Of a DNA stretch of 64,000 bases, positions 12,301-24,333 are shown in pieces. This DNA is from Balanoglossus misakiensis (taxonomy: Eukaryota; Animalia; Hemichordata), in assembly GCA_040954595.2 (NCBI GenBank), contig CM082598.2:5223097-5287096 (forward strand). The letters run 5' to 3'. A program made the translations under genes and the position numbers. The notes under the pieces are model-generated. The model was not told the DNA's origin and ran no database searches. It saw only the letters and a program-made list of their open reading frames with translations. Position 1 is the first letter of the stretch; each line of letters begins with the position of its first letter.

Positions 12301-15300
12301 TCATGGGTTATAGCTCATGAAAATCATCCAAAAATGACAATTTTCCGACTTTGCGAATTTTCAAAATTTCTTCAATTTTTGACAAAAATCATGGGTTATA
12401 GCTCATGAAAATCATCCAAAAATGATAATTTTTCGACTTTGCGAATTTTCAAAATTTCTTCAATTTTTGACAAAAATCATGGGTTATAGCTCATGAAAAT
12501 CATCCAAAAAGGATAATTTTTCGACTTTGCGAATTTTTAAAATTTCTTCAATTTTTGACAAAAATCATGGGTTATAGCTCATGAAAATCATCCAAAAATG
12601 ACTATTTTTCGACTTTGCGAATTTTCAAAATTTCTTCAATTTTTGACAAAAATCATGGGTTATAGCTCATGAAAATCATCCAAAAATGACTATTTTTCGA
12701 CTTTGCGAATTTTCAAAATTTCTTCAATTTTTGACAAAAATCATGGGTTATAGCTCATGAAAATCATCCAAAAATGACTATTTTTCGACTTTGCGAATTT
12801 TCAAAATTTCTTCAATTTTTGACAAAAATCATGGGTTATAGCTCATGAAAATCATCCAAAAATGACTATTTTTCGACTTTGCGAATTTTCAAAATTTCTT
12901 CAATTTTTGACAAAAATCATGAGTTATAGCTCATGAAAATCATCCCAAAATGACTATTTTTCGACTTTGCGAATTTTCAAAATTTCTTCAATTTTTGACA
13001 AAAATCATGGGTTATAGCTCATGAAAATCATCCAAAAATGACAATTTTCCGACTTTGCGAATTTTCAAAATTTCTTCAATTTTTGACAAAAATCATGGGT
13101 TATAGCTCATGAAAATCATCCAAAAATGACAATTTTCCGACTTTGCGAATTTTCAAAATTTCTTCAATTTTTGACAAAAATCATGGGTTATAGCTCATGA
13201 AAATCATCCAAAAATGACAATTTTCCGACTTTGCGAATTTTCAAAATTTCTTCAATTTTTGACAAAAATTATGGGTTATAGCTCATGAAAATCATCCAAA
13301 AATGATAATTTTTCGACTTTGCGAATTTTCAAAATTTCTTCAATTTTTGACAAAAATCATGGGTTATAGCTCATGAAAATCATCCAAAAATGATAATTTT
13401 TCGACTTTGCGAATTTTTAAAATTTCTTCAATTTTTGACAAAAATCATGGGTTATAGCTCATGAAAATCATCCAAAAATGACTATTTTTCGACTTTGCGA
13501 ATTTTCAAAATTTCTTCAATTTTTGACAAAAATCATGGGTTATAGCTCATGAAAATCATCCAAAAATGACTATTTTTCGACTTTGCGAATTTTCAAAATT
13601 TCTTCAATTTTTGACAAAAATCATGGGTTATAGCTCATGAAAATCATCCAAAAATGACTATTTTTCGACTTTGCGAATTTTCAAAATTTCTTCAATTTTT
13701 GACAAAAATCATGGGTTATAGCTCATGAAAATCATCCAAAAATGACTATTTTTCGACTTTGCGAATTTTCAAAATTTCTTCAATTTTTGACAAAAATCAT
13801 GGGTTATAGCTCATGAAAATCATCCCAAAATGACTATTTTTCGACTTTGCGAATTTTCAAAATTTCTTCAATTTTTGACAAAAATCATGGGTTATAGCTC
13901 ATGAAAATCATCCCAAAATGACTATTTTTCGACTTTGCGAATTTTCAAAATTTCTTCAATTTTTGACAAAAATCATGGGTTATAGCTCATGAAAATCATC
14001 CAAAAATGATAATTTTTCGACTTTGCGAATTTTCAAAATTTCTTCAATTTTTGACAAAAATCATGGGTTATAGCTCATGAAAATCATCCAAAAATGACTA
14101 TTTTTCGACTTTGCGAATTTTCAAAATTTCTTCAATTTTTGACAAAAATCATGGGTTATAGCTCATGAAAATCATCCAAAAATGACTATTTTTCGACTTT
14201 GCGAATTTTCAAAATTTCTTCAATTTTTGACAAAAATCATGGGTTATAGCTCATGAAAATCATCCAAAAATGACTATTTTTCGACTTTGCGAATTTTCAA
14301 AATTTCTTCAATTTTTGACAAAAATCATGAGTTATAGCTCATGAAAATCATCCCAAAATGACTATTTTTCGACTTTGCGAATTTTCAAAATTTCTTCAAT
14401 TTTTGACAAAAATCATGGGTTATAGCTCATGAAAATCATCCCAAAATGACTATTTTTCGACTTTGCGAATTTTCAAAATTTCTTCAATTTTTGACAAAAA
14501 TCATGGGTTATAGCTCATGAAAATCATCCCAAAATGACTATTTTTCGACTTTGCGAATTTTCAAAATTTCTTCAATTTTTGACAAAAATCATGGGTTATA
14601 GCTCATGAAAATCATCCAAAAATGACAATTTTTCGACTTTGCGAATTTTCAAAATTTCTTCAATTTTTGACAAAAATCATGGGTTATAGCTGATGAAAAT
14701 CATCCAAAAATGACAATTTTTCGACATTGCGAATTTTCAAAATTTCTTCAATTTTTGACAAAAATCATGGGTTATAGCTCATGAAAATCATCCAAAAATG
14801 ACTATTTTTCGACTTTGCGAATTTTCAAAATTTCTTCAATTTTTGACAAAAATCATGGGTTATAGCTCATGAAAATCATCCAAAAATGACTATTTTTCGA
14901 CTTTGCGAATTTTCAGAATTTTTTCAATTTTTGACAAAAATCATGGGTTATAGCTCATGAAAATCATCCAAAAATGACTATTTTTCGACTTTGCGAATTT
15001 TCAAAATTTCTTCAATTTTTGACAAAAATCATGGGTTATAGCTCATGAAAATCATCTAAAAATGAATATTTTTCGACTTTGCGAATTTTCAAAATTTCTT
15101 CAATTTTTGACAAAAATCATGGGTTATAGCTCATGAAAATCATCCAAAAATGATAATTTTTCGACTTTGCGAATTTTCAAAATTTCTTCAATTTTTGACA
15201 AAAATCATGGGTTATAGCTCATGAAAATCATCCAAAAATGACTATTTTTCGACTTTGCGAATTTTCAAAATTTCTTCAATTTTTGACAAAAATCATGGGT

Positions 15301-18300
15301 TATAGCTCATGAAAATCATCCAAAAATGACTATTTTTCGACTTTGCGAATTTTCAAAATTTCTTCAATTTTTGACAAAAATCATGGGTTATAGCTCATGA
15401 AAATCATCCAAAAATGACTATTTTTCGACTTTGCGAATTTTCAAAATTTCTTCAATTTTTGACAAAAATCATGGGTTATAGCTCATGAAAATCATCCAAA
15501 AATGACTATTTTTCGACTTTGCGAATTTTCAAAATTTCTTCAATTTTTGACAAAAATCATGGGTTATAGCTCATGAAAATCATCCCAAAATGACTATTTT
15601 TCGACTTTGCGAATTTTCAAAATTTCTTCATTTTTTGACAAAAATCATGGGTTATAGCTCATGAAAATCATCCAAAAATGACAATTTTTCGACTTTGCGA
15701 ATTTTCAAAATTTCTTCAATTTTTGACAAAAATCATGGGTTATAGCTCATGAAAATCATCCAAAAATGACAATTTTTCGACTTTGCGAATTTTCAAAATT
15801 TCTTCAATTTTTGACAAAAATCATGGGTTATAGCTCATGAAAATCATCCAAAAATGACAATTTTTCGACTTTGCGAATTTTCAAAATTTCTTCAATTTTT
15901 GACAAAAATCATGGGTTATAGCTGATGAAAATCATCCAAAAATGACAATTTTTCGACATTGCGAATTTTCAAAATTTCTTCAATTTTTGACAAAAATCAT
16001 GGGTTATAGCTCATGAAAATCATCCAAAAATGACAATTTTTCGACTTTGCGAATTTTCAAAATTTCTTCAATTTTTGACAAAAATCATGGGTTATAGCTC
16101 ATGAAAATCATCCAAAAATGACAATTTTTCGACTTTGCGAATTTTCAAAATTTCTTCAATTTTTGACAAAAATCATGGGTTATAGCTCATGAAAATCATC
16201 CAAAAATGACAATTTTTCGACTTTGCGAATTTTCAAAATTTCTTCAATTTTTGACAAAAATCATGGGTTATAGCTCATGAAAATCATCCAAAAATGACAA
16301 TTTTTCGACTTTGCGAATTTTCAAAATTTCTTCAATTTTTGACAAAAATCATGGGTTATAGCTCATGAAAATCATCCAAAAATGACAATTTTTCGACTTT
16401 GCGAATTTTCAAAATTTCTTCAATTTTTGACAAAAATCATGGGTTATAGCTCATGAAAATCATCCAAAAATGACAATTTTTCGACTTTGCGAATTTTCAA
16501 AATTTCTTCATTTTTTGACAAAAATCATGGGTTATAGCTCATGAAAATCATCCAAAAATGACAATTTTTCGACTTTGCGAATTTTCAAAATTTCTTCAAT
16601 TTTTGACAAAAATCATGGGTTATAGCTCATGAAAATCATCCAAAAATGACAATTTTTCGACTTTGCGAATTTTCAAAATTTCTTCAATTTTTGACAAAAA
16701 TCATGGGTTATAGCTCATGAAAATCATCCAAAAATGACAATTTTTCGACTTTGCGAATTTTCAAAATTTCTTCAATTTTTGACAAAAATCATGGGTTATA
16801 GCTGATGAAAATCATCCAAAAATGACAATTTTTCGACATTGCGAATTTTCAAAATTTCTTCAATTTTTGACAAAAATCATGGGTTATAGCTCATGAAAAT
16901 CATCCAAAAATGACAATTTTTCGACTTTGCGAATTTTCAAAATTTCTTCAATTTTTGACAAAAATCATGGGTTATAGCTCATGAAAATCATCCAAAAATG
17001 ACAATTTTTCGACTTTGCGAATTTTCAAAATTTCTTCAATTTTTGACAAAAATCATGGGTTATAGCTCATGAAAATCATCCAAAAATGACAATTTTTCGA
17101 CTTTGCGAATTTTCAAAATTTCTTCAATTTTTGACAAAAATCATGGGTTATAGCTCATGAAAATCATCCAAAAATGACAATTTTTCGACTTTGCGAATTT
17201 TCAAAATTTCTTCAATTTTTGACAAAAATCATGGGTTATAGCTCATGAAAATCATCCAAAAATGACAATTTTTCGACTTTGCGAATTTTCAAAATTTCTT
17301 CAATTTTTGACAAAAATCATGGGTTATAGCTCATGAAAATCATCCAAAAATGACAATTTTTCGACTTTGCGAATTTTCAAAATTTCTTCAATTTTTGACA
17401 AAAATCATGGGTTATAGCTCATGAAAATCATCCAAAATGACAATTGTTCGACTTTGCGAATTTTCAAAATTTCTTCAATTTTTGACAAAAATCATGGGTT
17501 ATAGCTCATGAAAATTATGCAAAAATGACAGTTTTTCTACTTTGCGAATTTTCAAAATGTCTTCAATTTTAGACAAAAATCATGGGTTATAGCTCATGAA
17601 AATCGTCCAAAAATGACAATTTTTCGACTTTGCGAATTTTCAAAATTTCTTCAATTTTTGACAAAAATCATGGGTTATAGCTCATGAAAATCATTCAAAA
17701 ATGACAATTTTTCGACTTTGTGAATTTTCAAAATTTCTTCAATTTTTGACAAAAATCATGGGTTATAGCTCATGAAAATCATCCAAAAATGACAATTTTT
17801 CGACTTTGCGAATTTTCAAAATTTCTTCAATTTTTGAGAAAAATCATGGGTTATAGCTCATGAAAATCGTCCAAAATGATAATTTTTCTACTTTGCGAAT
17901 TTTCAAAATTTCTTCATTTTTAAAAAAAAGCATGGGTTTAAGCTCATACATGTACATACATACATACATACATACATACATACATACATACATACATACA
18001 TACATACATACATACATACATACATACATACATACATACATACATACATACATACATACATACATACATACATACATACATACATACATACATACATACA
18101 TACATACATACATACATAAATTACAAATTTGAAAAGTCAAAACTATCTTAACAATAACTATCTAAACAATAACAATATCAGTATCTTACCACTTGTAATG
18201 TGTCGACCACAGCATTATTATCATCACCTTCAGACCAAGCGTAATCGTCGGCAGGTTGAACGTCTGGCAGAAAGTCGGGTTTTTGGGTAGAGAACATAAC

Positions 18301-21241
18301 TCGATCGGAATTGAGCGCCGGGTGGCCTTTTATGTGATCATAAAAGTCCATGATTTCGTTTCTGGTGACGTTCATCTGGGTGTCTGTCAGCTTCGTGTCA
18401 CTGCTCTTTTCCATCACTCTGATGACGCGCTGAGATAAATCTGTTCGGATTAAGTGAATGCACATTTAATTTCAAGTAGTAAGACTGCAAAATGAAAGTC
18501 TTTCACTGATTCTCATATTTCTCTCAAAACATCTGTAGAATACGTCTAGTAGTCCATCTTAAAACTGAGAAAACAAATTTGGGGACACCATGCAATAAGG
18601 TACTTGAGGTTCCCTCACGCTTGTTGATTTACAGTACATGTTCATATATCGACACCTACTTACCATGCAACAGAAGTTTCAGCATACCATTGTCATAATC
18701 GCGTCCTGGTTCGCCCTGAAACGTTGGCATGGTTTTTGCGTCCGAGTCAGGATCTAGTAAAAAATATTCAAAAAGTAGGAATTGTCTTAGAAACATCCAC
18801 CTGTTTTACGTTGAAACATTCACTTCAACAAACTTTACCTTTTTCATTACGTGTGAACATTATTTTGTTTTCTTTTGTTTTGTTTTTTATTCCGAAAAAA
18901 AACAAGTAATCGCACGCACGCAAGCAGGCATGCATGTATATACATAGCCACACGCTAACACATGTGTGAACAAACACCATTTTTCTAAATTTCTGTTTGC
19001 GCATGTGCATATATGTATTCATAAACGGCAATGCCATAACATTTTCTTTTAAATTATAAACTGTTTTACATGTACAGTAATAATAAGAATATGGACAAAA
19101 ATATTTACCAGATTCAATGCCAATGGTTGCTGCATATCCTGCAAAAAATAAAGCATCGTTATTCGTGCCATTATTTGTTACATGGAATTTAATTAGTATA
19201 TATGTGAATAATGGAAGGCTGAATATAGGTTAGTGTATTAAAGAGAAGGAGAAAAGGAGAGAGAGACAGAGAGAGACGGAGAGATCGATACAGTGTTTAA
19301 CACAAAGGAATTTTTATACAACCGATACCTCACCACATGTGCAGGTATATACATTAGACAATCAGCTCACTATCATGTCATCATTGAGCCGCATTGTAGT
19401 AACATGACGTCATATCAGGGATAATCTAGCTCCAAGCGTTTCCTGGCCTTCGGGAATTGTAATTTAATTATTTTCTGTCCCGTTATAATAACGTGATGTT
19501 ATCAGATGGGTATCTGCCATCTGATCCACTTTGCTTCCTTATTAAGCAATGAAGTGGAAAATTACCAACAAGAATACCAAGCAATTGCTTTATATCGTAC
19601 GCTCGTTTTTGTAGAGCAAAACCTGTTGATGATAAACAAAAATACTCCTCAAAAGACTGATTTTATTTTGCAAATATGATTATACTATGGAAGACGCAAC
19701 ACAGTCACTCCTGACCATGACTGAAACAATACTAAAACAACAAAACATAACAAACAAACTACTTGACCTTGCCTTGGGTTTTTGCTCGCTCACGTTTGCT
19801 GTTTTATTCCCTTTAACTCGACCCCACATGTTTAATGTCTGTATTAATTTACCATTCTATTATGCACTTTTTCTAAGAGAACTAATGCTAAAGTAGTATG
19901 TACCTCCAAACTTTCCAATTCTCTGATATACTAAACAGGTTGGGAGTCTTTATGAAAACCAAGAATAAAACGGGGTGTTAATTCACCATCTTGTTTTCAT
20001 GAACATCTCTACTTAAATTTTTTCCAAAGACCTAACACAGATTGGCGGCAATTTCGAATTTGAGAAAATTTTGCTCTGTCATTCAAAATTTTAAACTAAC
20101 AACCACAGCATTTTAATTATTGAAATTTAAACAAATTAATCGGAAAAGTGATCTTTAAATTTTAATCAGCGATTTCGAAGAAAGTAATATGCCTATTAAA
20201 ACTCTGAGACGCCGTTTTGTTGAGAATATGCACGAGTGTTTCATTATTCTGTAAATACGACCCTAATCTGAGAGAGTTACACTTTTACATTTATGTTTTT
20301 CTCAATCCGTCATTTTAAGACACAAAGCAAACATAAACTTGCAAAACACCAAATTTTGGTGATTCAGAAATAAAACTCGTATAAAGATCTTTATATTTAT
20401 ATGTAGGTCATTGGTGTAAAAAATATTTTTAGACCATGAAATTTGCAATATTATTAAAATGTGTTATCAGGAACCGCAAATCTACCTTAACATAAAATTC
20501 TTAGGTGATGTTTAAAAGATGTTGAGTGCTACTTGTTGGAAGTGGTGCTGGGGCGTAAAATGGTTAAGTAGGGACAATTTGAAATCTTAGACTATTTAAT
20601 TATAATAATGCGCCCACTTTAGCTGATGACTAAAATAATGATATTATTTTTCTTGTTCTTCAGGGAATTGGTGACTGGAATTATATTAGAATCAGTGGTG
20701 TGTGACCAGACTGTGGACAGTATAGACTCTGGCTATCGTGAATGATGAACACAGAAAAGAAAGTCATGTGATGACTAGCATATGCTCGGAATCTCCATCC
20801 TCAAGTCCTGCTGAACAGCAAGCCTTGGGAGGCGTTTACATTAAATGGTAAATTTTAGATCAGTCTTCTTTTTTTCGTAAACTCCACCAGAAAATTGTCA
20901 GTGGATGGTACATTGAAAACTGGTGAATTTACATATAAAGTGTTAGATACAAATTGTGAACACTCTCCTTTAAGTTTGAACTTAAAAGACACAGATAAAA
21001 CATCGTGTCGATTGCGATGAGCAATTTTTGCGTGCCCCATTGTAATTCCAGCGATATGTTACAATTATGGGAATAATTTCGTTTCTGCTATTATAGACTG
21101 TGTATGCTGCAATCTATGAAATACATGTGGACCTAAGATCCTACAAAGAGTAGTAAAGTGTTTATGCTCACCTATTTGTGGGATAATACAGAGGCAATAT
21201 GCAGCCACCACAAGAAAGCCGTGAACAGCACTAGTCTTCAT
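1546..21241 (-). CDS. Prepro-neurotrophin (NGF/BDNF/NT-3 family cystine-knot growth factor), complete, 5 coding exons, 217 aa
   Basis: Exons 21241-21172, 19138-19109, 18440-18190, 2943-2774, 1678-1546. All introns are GT-AG with phases 1,1,0,2; total 654 nt. Protein: signal MKTSAVHGFLVVAAYCLCIIPQIGYA; prodomain with SDRVMFSTQKP (cf. proNGF SPRVLFSTQPP); dibasic KR; mature GEPFREVCRSSSEWRSLSHGLNREGERVTLYDNQYFHVTTCLNKTGPCTGIADMYSSSCLAKPSWNVAYVWSEEKNQYIWDWISINTCCTCRIHENN*. The mature part follows the NGF pattern VCxSxSxW...QYFxxTxC...CxGI...SxC...WxxIxIxTxCxC. Confidence 0.9.
1944..2146. mobile_element. MITE family A, half copy (neurotrophin intron 4)
   Basis: Ends GAGACTTTGTCCCTTTAA. Confidence 0.75.
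2774..2943 (-). CDS. Neurotrophin exon 4 (KR cleavage site and N-half of cystine knot)
   Basis: NKRGEPFREVCRSSSEW...NQYFHVTTCLNKTGPCTGIAD; TTTTTTAATTAG acceptor, GTAGGT donor. Confidence 0.9.
3072..3418. repeat. Compound microsatellite (TTCA)n/(ACAT)n/(AC)n on the left flank of the satellite
   Basis: Directly visible. Confidence 0.95.
3499..17946. repeat. 88-bp satellite DNA array, ~164 head-to-tail monomers (~14.4 kb), inside neurotrophin intron 3
   Basis: Consensus ATGGGTTATAGCTCATGAAAATCATCCAAAAATGACAATTTTTCGACTTTGCGAATTTTCAAAATTTCTTCAATTTTTGACAAAAATC, period 88 (e.g. 4203 to 4291). Near-identical copies, more diverged at both edges. Confidence 0.97.
17946..18117. repeat. (TACA)n microsatellite on the right flank of the satellite
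   Basis: Directly visible. Confidence 0.95.
18190..18440 (-). CDS. Neurotrophin exon 3 (prodomain)
   Basis: DLSQRVIRVMEK...NSDRVMFSTQKPDF...DTLQV; GAACAG acceptor, GTAAGA donor. Confidence 0.85.
19109..19138 (-). CDS. Neurotrophin exon 2 (30-nt micro-exon, end of signal peptide)
   Basis: TTTTTTGCAG acceptor, (G)YAATIGIES(D), GTAAAT donor, phase 1-1. Confidence 0.65.
21172..21241 (-). CDS. Neurotrophin exon 1 (signal peptide)
   Basis: ATG at 21241, MKTSAVHGFLVVAAYCLCIIPQI(G), donor GTGAGC in phase 1, TATA box just upstream. Confidence 0.8.
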
Positions 21242-21263
21242 CCTTCTTCTGAGTTCTAAGACA

Positions 21264-21300
21264 AACTGAGCCCTGCTTTGGTTTTACAGCTGGTTTTATA
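21264..21300 (-). promoter_or_regulatory. Neurotrophin core promoter (TATA + Inr)
   Basis: TATAAAA at 21300-21294 and an Inr-like TCAGTT at 21269-21264 about 30 nt downstream, ~25 nt before the ATG. Confidence 0.55.
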
Positions 21301-22266
21301 TGCAATTGCACTCGCGCCTCTCACTGTTCCAAGGCGCAAGGCACTAACTAATTAGCATAAACAGTCCCTGGGCGGCCGGAAGTCAAGACACTATTGAAAC
21401 ACAATGACGCATTGTCAAGTTGATGTTTGAAAAACATGTTGACAGAAAAGTGGGGACCCTGAAAGTCTTAACGTCATTCTGTGACATTGAGAAGTATTCA
21501 TGGATTTTTTCCGTCAATTGAAAACGATGATGATCAAATCGCCCAACATTATCCTGAGAGGTGATTTTTGCTAAGCAGTGTAGTTTTAAAGCACTCTCAA
21601 CATTTTTCTATGTGGTTAAATTATCATTGGTAGCAATTTACTAGTGTATTCAAATGATCATGTCATGTACAGGTAGTAGTTTTTGAAACTGGTAAACTCA
21701 CTAGTCGTTAAAACAGGACTACTAAAAGACTAAAACATTCCGAAATAGACCTTGTGACTTTGTTTTTTGCGTCTGGCCATTGTATCATCTCAAATATTCG
21801 CTTACCGTTGCACTTGTCATTGCTGCTTGAATAGTCATTGTTTAGAGTAGTGGAAAATTGCAGCCTGCCATCTGGATATGAACTCGGCACTTCATGGCAA
21901 GTGAAACGCGAATCTTGAGTTAATCTCGGGAGAAGTCGTGACATTCGCCTCCCTGTCAAGAGTTGTTGTTATCGAGTGCGTGAACAACAAGAGGGCTTAA
22001 CGAGCACAGCCGCTCACGACGTGGATCTTCAACACTCAATTTGCCACTTTCAGCTTATTTTATCATTGATAATATATTTCAACTTTCTCCTTGTACTTAG
22101 TATATACAGACGACACTGTTTTGAATTTGCAGAGATTCTAATATCCATGTGCACATACTACAATAGTTGTGTACTCTTGCAATGGACAGCTGAATAAATG
22201 GGTGTGGCACTAGTAAAATTTGATATAGAGAGAATTGGAAGGTTTGTCCCCGAGGTGCATTCTACT

Positions 22267-22445
22267 TTAAAGACACCTCCAATTTGTATATGTCCATATA
22301 TGGCAAAATGGTATATCTGAGTGTTCATAGGAACATATGGTAGTAGTCTTTTTTTCACGTGTGCCACCAACTGAAAAGCTGTGATTTGCTAGATTTGGTA
22401 TGGTAACTGTAGCTAAATTTCTGTAGGTGAGTGATTACTTTAGGT
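22267..22445 (-). mobile_element. MITE family B, old degenerate copy
   Basis: Diverged similarity to 34368-34560. Confidence 0.6.
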
Positions 22446-22784
22446 TCAATAACGTGCTGTTGTCCCAAAGAGAGATATACATGTATTATTGCAACCTTAT
22501 TCTTGTCACAGAAGTTAGATTTTTCGTATAAAAAAAACAATCGAGACACTAGAGCCTTAGTGAGTTTTACTTACACATTCGAAACCAATTAATTAAAATA
22601 CCAATGATTGTAGAGAGAAGTGTCTAGCATAGAAACTCACCACTGGTGATTGGAAGAGTGGACTTTAAAGCAAGGTGATTCGCTAAATGTTTAATTTACG
22701 CACCATGGGGGCACTCCAAAAACTGGTCCAACTGATGCATACAAGGGCTGTCAATTGTGAATGCATTTTGATGCACTTGTGGGC

Positions 22785-22863
22785 TACATACATACATACA
22801 TACCTACCTGTACCTACCTACCTACCTACCTACCTACCTACCTACCTACCTACCTACCTACCT

Positions 22864-22955
<92 letters not shown>
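22785..22955. repeat. (TACC)n/(CA)n microsatellite
   Basis: Directly visible. Confidence 0.9.
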
Positions 22956-22957
<2 letters not shown>

Positions 22958-23000
22958 TACAGTCTAACCATGCAGCTGACTCTAAAAACTTTCATTTCAG

Positions 23001-23219
23001 AAAATATTGCCCTCAACAAACTCGTCAGTGGCAAACGCTTGATTGGTGGACAAAATACATGGCCCAATCTCGTTGATGGTGATCCGACCACGTGTGCTGA
23101 TTCCGGCCCCCTCGTCCATAACCCAGCTTTCAAGATTGATCTTGGCCAGGAGTACATTGTTCACAGTGTTAAACTAAGATTTGCATCTGGATGCAAAAAC
23201 ACCATCAGTGGGAATGGAT
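23001..23219 (+). pseudogene. Orphan duplicated F-type lectin exon (copy of 52038-52256), open frame, intact splice sites
   Basis: TTTCAG acceptor, ENIALNKLVSGKRLIGGQNTWPNLVDGDPTTCADSGPLVHNPAFKIDLGQEYIVHSVKLRFASGCKNTISGNG, GTAAGT donor. Flanking intron ~22955-23370 also matches ~51990-52400. No partner exons seen nearby. Confidence 0.75.
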
Positions 23220-23366
23220 GTAAGTCACTATAATATAAGCCCATCCATCCAATGTCCCCTCCCGTCAATTCAATCAAGCCATCACTCCTTCACCGACCCA
23301 GTGCGTACAAACTACCACCTATATAACCACTCGCCCATCCACCCACCCACACCAAAACATTCATAT

Positions 23367-23367
<1 letters not shown>

Positions 23368-23398
<31 letters not shown>

Positions 23399-23530
23399 CA
23401 TACATACATACATACATACATACATACATACATACATACATACATACATACATACATACATACATACATACATACATACATACATACATACATACATACA
23501 TACATACATACATACATACATACATACATG

Positions 23531-23586
<56 letters not shown>

Positions 23587-23590
23587 TACA
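23368..23590. repeat. (TACA)n/(CA)n microsatellite
   Basis: Directly visible. Confidence 0.9.
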
Positions 23591-23928
23591 GTGACTTGAA
23601 CAAAAAACACTCTAATGAGCATGTCAAAATCAGGATGACCCCCATAAAAAGACTGACCAGTCCCTGAGTAGCTCAAGAATAAGTTTGAGGTCAAACACAA
23701 ATGTCGAGCGTTTTACAGTTATCCGTAGCCTCCTAATAAACACAGAATAGTGGGCGTTAATTGTTGCACGGTCGCAAGGACTGTTTTCGCAAAGATCAGT
23801 GTACGCCCACATGTTTCTCAGGAAGTTGCAGTAGGGTATTAAAACAAAGCCCGGGACAAGCATATGTGTGCTTTGTGTATTTACGTAGGCTAAGGACTGA
23901 GTGGTTATTCATGTATTCAAAGTCAGAG

Positions 23929-24333
23929 TTAAGGTAGAAGACTGCCCGGATGCAGTGCATGGTTATCATATTCCGTGGACTTACATGTAGAATTGTGAGA
24001 AAACAATGTTACAATATTATCATTTTCTTGAAATTAACACAAAGGGTGCCAAAAAGAGGGGCTTTGTTAAATAATCTGAAGAAAACACTTTGACACTGTG
24101 CTTGATTTTTTTTATAGATTTGTTCAGATGTATACACTTACTATAAGAAAATATAGCACTAGGAGTTTGAGAAAAGTGCTGACTTAGCATTTTTGCAATA
24201 TTTTAGACCCTGTAACTAAAATAGTAGGATGGGAACATCATGTTTTCTCTCTATTTTTATGTAACATTCACTGATATTCAATATTTGAAAAAAATCAGGA
24301 CAATATTTCAATTTTTGAGTAGTGTCCTACCTA
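23929..24333 (+). mobile_element. TTAA-GGTAG interspersed repeat; second diverged copy at ~39170-39537
   Basis: Shared GATGCAGTGCAT(G/A)GTTATCA...AAAAGTGCTGACT...; termini TTAAGGTAG / CTACCTTAA. Confidence 0.6.

Noticed and set aside
3499-17946. CRISPR-like array
   Set aside because: Monomers are contiguous with no unique spacers, there are no cas genes, and the context is a eukaryotic intron. It is satellite DNA.
18664-18715. Possible extra neurotrophin exon (GEPGRDYDN...) with AG/GT boundaries
   Set aside because: The GEPGRDYDN frame requires phase-0 entry. The flanking exons need phase 1, which hits a stop codon.
19334-19394. Alternative neurotrophin first exon ending at a GTGAGG donor
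   Set aside because: In-frame stops and no signal peptide; 21172-21241 fits much better.
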